This document shows positions 59,001 to 64,000 of a DNA stretch of 64,000 nucleotides, piece by piece (the stretch's first letter is position 1; each line of letters opens with the position of its first letter). Below the pieces are notes generated by a model. That model saw only the letters and a list, made by a program, of their open reading frames with translations, searched no databases and was not told where the DNA came from. A program made the position numbers and the translations under genes. This DNA comes from Cyanophora paradoxa CCMP329 (lineage: Eukaryota; Plantae; Glaucophyta): contig QPMI01000003.1 in assembly GCA_004431415.1 (NCBI GenBank), positions 62,001 to 126,000 of the forward strand, read 5' to 3'.

Positions 59001-62000
59001 GCGGCAATTTCAGGACGGAATCGCCATTTTCAAAGTCATCTACCGCGAGCTAGACCCATCGGGTACCGTCGTCGGTTCCAGCGAGCGCACTTTCTACAAG
59101 TCTGTTGCAAGTAGGTTCGAAATTCGACACTTTGGCAAAATCGCTTCATTTATAGCATATGATCTAATTAATGCAATATTTAATTTTGGGCATGCACAGG
59201 ACCGCTGGCCCGGCGAGGATCGCCAATTCAGTCGTTTTCGAGAGTTCTGCCACTGTCCGCAAGCCTCTGCTCCAGACAAACATACCCGAGCTCCCGTACC
59301 GCTTTGACCTCCTCAAGGCTAACTGGGATATTAAGCCCGCATGCCCCGTGGACTACGGTTCGCTCTGCTCAGCGCTAGCCGTGCTGCTCCGCCTTCAATC
59401 CAGCTGCGGTCTTATCCGAGCATGGCTCATGATCAGCCATGGTCGCCACCGGAGAGCTGCAGCTGCAGGCTTTCCGAAGAACGCAGCACATCGAATCGGC
59501 CTATTGTGCGGAGCTGGAGACGCCGACTGGGAGCATTGTCTCATTCGTATCTGTGATTCCAGGGTGCGAACATTCCATCTAGATTTAAAAACTTTATTTT
59601 CGCGACCGTTCGCGACATCGATTGCCAACTCGAGCGGAATTGGTGCATGCGCAGTTTGCCGCGCATGCTGTTCGACGGGTCGCAGACCTATGAAGTGGCT
59701 CTGACAGATCTCAAGCCTTTGACGAGTACGAGCATTGTATACCGCGCTGCGCAACTTCTCCGCCTGCTTACGTATCTAATTACGCATGCCAGCTTACGAG
59801 GTGCAAATCGAGGCGCATCGCGTGGATGGCACATGGCCTGTGAAGAGCGCAGTGAAGACCTTTAAAACGAAAGGCCTGTGCCAATCGCTCATTTCTTAGC
59901 GTCATGCTCATGATCGCGCTTTGAATTTTTTCAGGCCTTCCTCCTAAGCCTCCAACATCTCTACGTTTCGATCGGATGGAGGTAACTCGCTCTTCTACTT
60001 TCCGACAACCAGCTCAGATGATGACTCGTACCCCTCACAGTCTGACAAGGACGGCAAGTACAAGGCTAAAATACGTTGGGAAGGGCCTGCAGAGCAGTCA
60101 CCTGCCCCGGCATTCTATCAGGCACGTGCTCAATCGTAACGAGAGCTCGCAGCTCTTGCTTAAAGCTCGTCCCAGCTTAAAAGAGCCAATTTTAACATTT
60201 TTTGCGTCAGATTCTCGTGACGCCGCGCCGCGGGCAAGTCGATCCGTTGCAGCCCTGCCGAGATGACGAGTACCGAGACCCGAAGAGCGACATAAGCGCG
60301 GCCTGTAAACAGAACCGGGGAGGGCTTCCCTTCAAGACACTTGGCGGAACGCTCGCATCGGCGCAGAAGTTCGACCTCGTGAGCCGCACAGCCGAATTGC
60401 TGAAGTCTTCTTCCATTGCAACTGGCGCAACCCTTGTCAATGGCATCGTCCCTCCGGCGAGTCCACGCGCTTTCTGCTGGACGTTTCTCTCGCCTCTTTT
60501 TCTGACTGATCATGACCTCTATGTACGGGATGAAAACATCAGCCTGCGCCTCTTTACGATTACATCCCGACGCGGAACACGGAAGAAGAGGTTCGCGGAC
60601 TCGATTCCGGCATCGTCTACTTGTGCGCTTCGTGATCCCGCCCTTGCAAACGCCGGTTCTCGCATCTAAATTCATATGCAATCACAGCTTCTCCGTTCAA
60701 ACTGTTATTGGGCCCGACTCTGATGGCGAGTTTTATACTTCGAACTTCACTGAAGCTCTTGCCGTGCAAACTCCAGGTATGCAAACTCAAGATGCATTTA
60801 CCCTGCTATGCTATAGCGAAAACAAAGTAAAACTGGGTCGCAGGCGCCCTCTTGATCGAAATTGATGGGATCAAGTCCTTGCAATACCACCCGCCCGCGT
60901 TTGCTTTGAATGTCGAACAAGTTGAATGTGCGTCTTTGAATTCCATTTTTGAGTGACGTCTGGTACGCATACGTACACAGAAAAAACTCACCCGCGCTCG
61001 TTGCGAAGGCCGACGCTACAGCGGCTCGTACACACTTCAGCCCCTATCGTTGTATCTCCAACCGGAAGGCCCCCCTTTCACGCGTATGACACTCGAGGTG
61101 TGAAAAAATCTGTTTTATCCGCTCACGCGTACGCGCATCGATGTTCATCGGTTCCGCCTCGCGGCAGGTCCGGAACGAGTTCGCGGACGGGAGCTCCCAC
61201 TACTCCTACTTCAACATCTCGGCCTCGCAGAACTTCACCGTCGAGCTCCCCGCCCTGTGGCCCAAGTACAGCAGCTCCCGCGTTTGCGGCTTTGGCGGCA
61301 GCTCGGCGAATTGCCAGACCGTGTCGAGTCGCGAGTACCCGGATGCCTTCAAGCCCGGCCCGACAACACGAGTATTTACATTGCAAGCCTGGAATGGCGC
61401 CGTGATGCTGCAAGGCTATCCAGCGTCAGGGCCCCCCGTGCGAATCACCGACGAGGAGTGCGGTCGCCCTCCGGAGCCCCCTAAGGAGTCCATAAGCCGA
61501 GCGTCCCTGCCCGCCGGATCCGACGTCCCAAGCCAGCCGCCGCCAGCGCTGCCTCCGGCGCCTGCGCCAGAAGCGCCGGTGCCAACACCCGCGGCGTCGG
61601 AAACGCCCCCACAAACCTCGGGCGACAGGTGCCCATGGGTTACAAATATTAGACTCGTTAGATTCACAGCCAAGCGCGCTTCAAGGTTTCATTAAATAAT
61701 TATACATATTCCACGCAGCCTTGGTGGGTGCCTCGCCTCAAGCGACGGGAATTGCTGGAGGCAGACGGATTACGGCAGCTGCAGATTCGACGGGCCTCGA
61801 ATGGCGTCTATGGATAACGGACCGGATTCGACAGTCTGGTACAACTTACAAGGTGCGCGATCGTGGCTGGCATGTGCACTAACTATAGTAATGGCCATCA
61901 TGTACATGTTACATTTACAGCTTGATGGTAGACGCTGATGCCGATGGCGTCTACTCTAACATTTTCATTTCCAATCAGGCTATTGCGAGTGTGCGAAGGG

Positions 62001-64000
62001 GCGCATCAACTTCGACTGCAACAGCAAGTGCGCACACATAAACAATCTCGAGCTCAGCCTGGTTGCGGCGCTTTCGAGAGAATAAACAATCTCAGCCTGC
62101 GCATGCAGTACATGTTGCGCATATATATATATTATATATATATATATATATATGCATGTGGATTATAATTAATTATATAATTTCTCGCTGCAGCTGCAAG
62201 ACGGCGACGACTCCTTACGGTTTGAGTTCCTCAACCGCGAAGTTTACGTGCGAAGAGTGGTGCAACAAACCGAGCATAGCGGCGGGAACCATTTATTCGC
62301 ACTTCTGCGACCGTCAAGGGACGCCCAACGCGTTTGTGTGCACACCCTGCACAAGTAGCCGCCGATCTCTGCTGCATGCAAACGGTGCTGGTGATTTTAA
62401 AGCACTGCGAGTAATGTTGTCTGTACATGTGTGATTATGACAGTTACCTCCATTCCGCAGAAAGGTCGAATAGGACGGCCGCGGCGGAGGCGCTTCTCGC
62501 AGTGGGCGCGAAGCTTAATGGCGCAGCAGCTGCATCTGCGCCTGCCGCGAAATCCACAGGCCTCGGCCGGAGCCTGCTGGCCGCGGAGGCGATCCAGGCC
62601 CTCGGCTCGCCGCCACTGTTCGTGCAGGAGCTGCCCTACAACTCCACCTCCAACGTCGTCAAGCCGCTGATGGACTTCGCGGCGCGAGACGTTCCGGCGC
62701 CCGACGGGGTCGAGAGCGCCATCCCCGAAGCAAATGCCTACAGCATTGCCAACAACTTCGTCGTCGACATCGAGACCACCCGCCTTGGAATGGACAACCG
62801 CACCAGGCAAATGATGGCAGACCTCACAGGTGCATCCGTAAACTTCGCTTCGCTGCGGCTGAACTCATCGATATCCTTGATTTAATCGGATGTCTGCTGC
62901 GTAGCCGCAAGAGAGCGGGGGGTGCTGGAATATATGCTCGCAGAGCCTACCGGTCGCGACGCGAGCACTGCCATCAGATCTCCCCACCTTGTGAGGGGTG
63001 TGCAATTCAAGCTCGAGCTCATGATCACAGTCGTGCTCGCGTGTAGATGTAGATGTTCATGCGGTATTTCGCATGCGCAGGCTTCGTTAACTGCTACGCG
63101 GATTTGGCGCGCCCGGCACGGCTCGGGCGGACGCAGCTGGGGTCTCTGTGCTCGGATCCGCCGACGACGACAACGGGCTTCTGCGGCGTGGCGGTGGCGA
63201 CCGTCGCCCATTTCGCGTTCAACGCGACCACGTCCGGGATCTTCCGGTTCAGCGCCGCCGCGTCGGACTTCGAGGCGGTGATCGGACTCGTTTACGGAGG
63301 CTCGTGCCAGGACATTGGGTGCAACGCCCCCAAACAAGGTTAGCTGTGCTATAAATGGTATGATCGTCGTTTTTCGCTAACGGTCCGCATCTCTTGCTCG
63401 CACGCTGCATTTTCCAGATCTAGAGATCTTCCAGTCATACATGAGCGAGATTTCTGCGTTTTTGAGCGAGGGTAGCTCCGTGATCGTGACCATCGCGCCC
63501 TTCAACGGGTCGTGCATCAACCGGGCAGTTGCACTCGACATTTCTGCAGAGACGCCGTACGGCCTTCGGCTATTCGTCGACCCATTTGCGGGCAGCGATA
63601 GTTGGCCGTACATAACGAGTTACAATTCTACTTCCAACGTGAGCCTCGACGCGGTCGGGGCCCCTGTTCGCCGCTACGCGTCGATAGACGCGGCCCTAGC
63701 GTACGCCGAGCAGCGCATTCTGTCGGATGCGCCCGGAGAGGCTGTCGAGGTACGCATGAACGCGCTCATAGGCGTGCGCGCCTAGGCCTGGACTCCTAGG
63801 CCTCAACTCGCGATCAGCCTGGACCGCATGCGCATGCGCAATAATAATGTACTAATTAATATTTCCATATATAGGTTGGTATCTTCTTGAGGCCTGGCGA
63901 ATACTCACATGAGCGAAATGGAACTTTCTTCCGCTGGGGGCTTTCGAAATCGCCTTCTGCGGCAAACAGCCGCATTTTCGTGCGTCAATACCGATGTAGA
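53033..64000 (+). CDS. Large secreted Cys-containing multidomain protein, many small exons, 3' end beyond the window
   Basis: Signal-peptide-like MNVNSAAVVVQFCVVLAITACVNVGA; VVVGGPHWGC; beta-rich segments; repeated I/V.ELPY motifs; PPC-like GIFRFSAAASDFEAVIGLVYGGSC..GCN; LFVDPFAGSD...YASIDAAL resembling the start of a beta-helix/DUF1565-type domain. May be more than one gene. Confidence 0.55.
62121..62153. repeat. (TA)n microsatellite (intronic)
   Basis: atatatatatattatatatatatatatatatat. Confidence 0.9.

Overview
This is eukaryotic nuclear DNA, very GC-rich in exons and introns, with many short (about 50-90 nt) introns. The ORF track is therefore mostly fragments and shadow frames. A plastid-targeted HDR/IspH with an N-terminal 'MSAAFV' (Phe-containing) transit peptide and a cyanobacterial-type N-terminal domain suggests a glaucophyte such as Cyanophora (inference). 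I reconstructed 16 intron-containing genes: sacsin-like (partial), RluA-family pseudouridine synthase, mitochondrial bL28, HDR/IspH, TSPO, Enhancer of polycomb-like, LCB2, a probable Zwint/Kre28/Sos7-like kinetochore protein, two paralogous SOX/MATA-type HMG-box genes flanking a signal-peptide-peptidase-like gene, a hypothetical TPR-like protein, WDR93, an IQ-motif protein, a Tmc/FXL-type membrane protein with FixL-like PAS domains, and a large secreted protein (partial) in a lower-GC domain. Main observations beyond the genes: a candidate box H/ACA RNA in an anomalously long intron; a 535-bp hAT-type MITE with TIRs and an 8-bp TSD; 14 consecutive genes alternating strand as seven head-to-head pairs; frequent GC-AG introns; palindrome-dense intergenic DNA; and a CpG-depleted island beside a copied HMG-gene fragment. 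CDS coordinates are start-to-stop spans including introns, read by eye.
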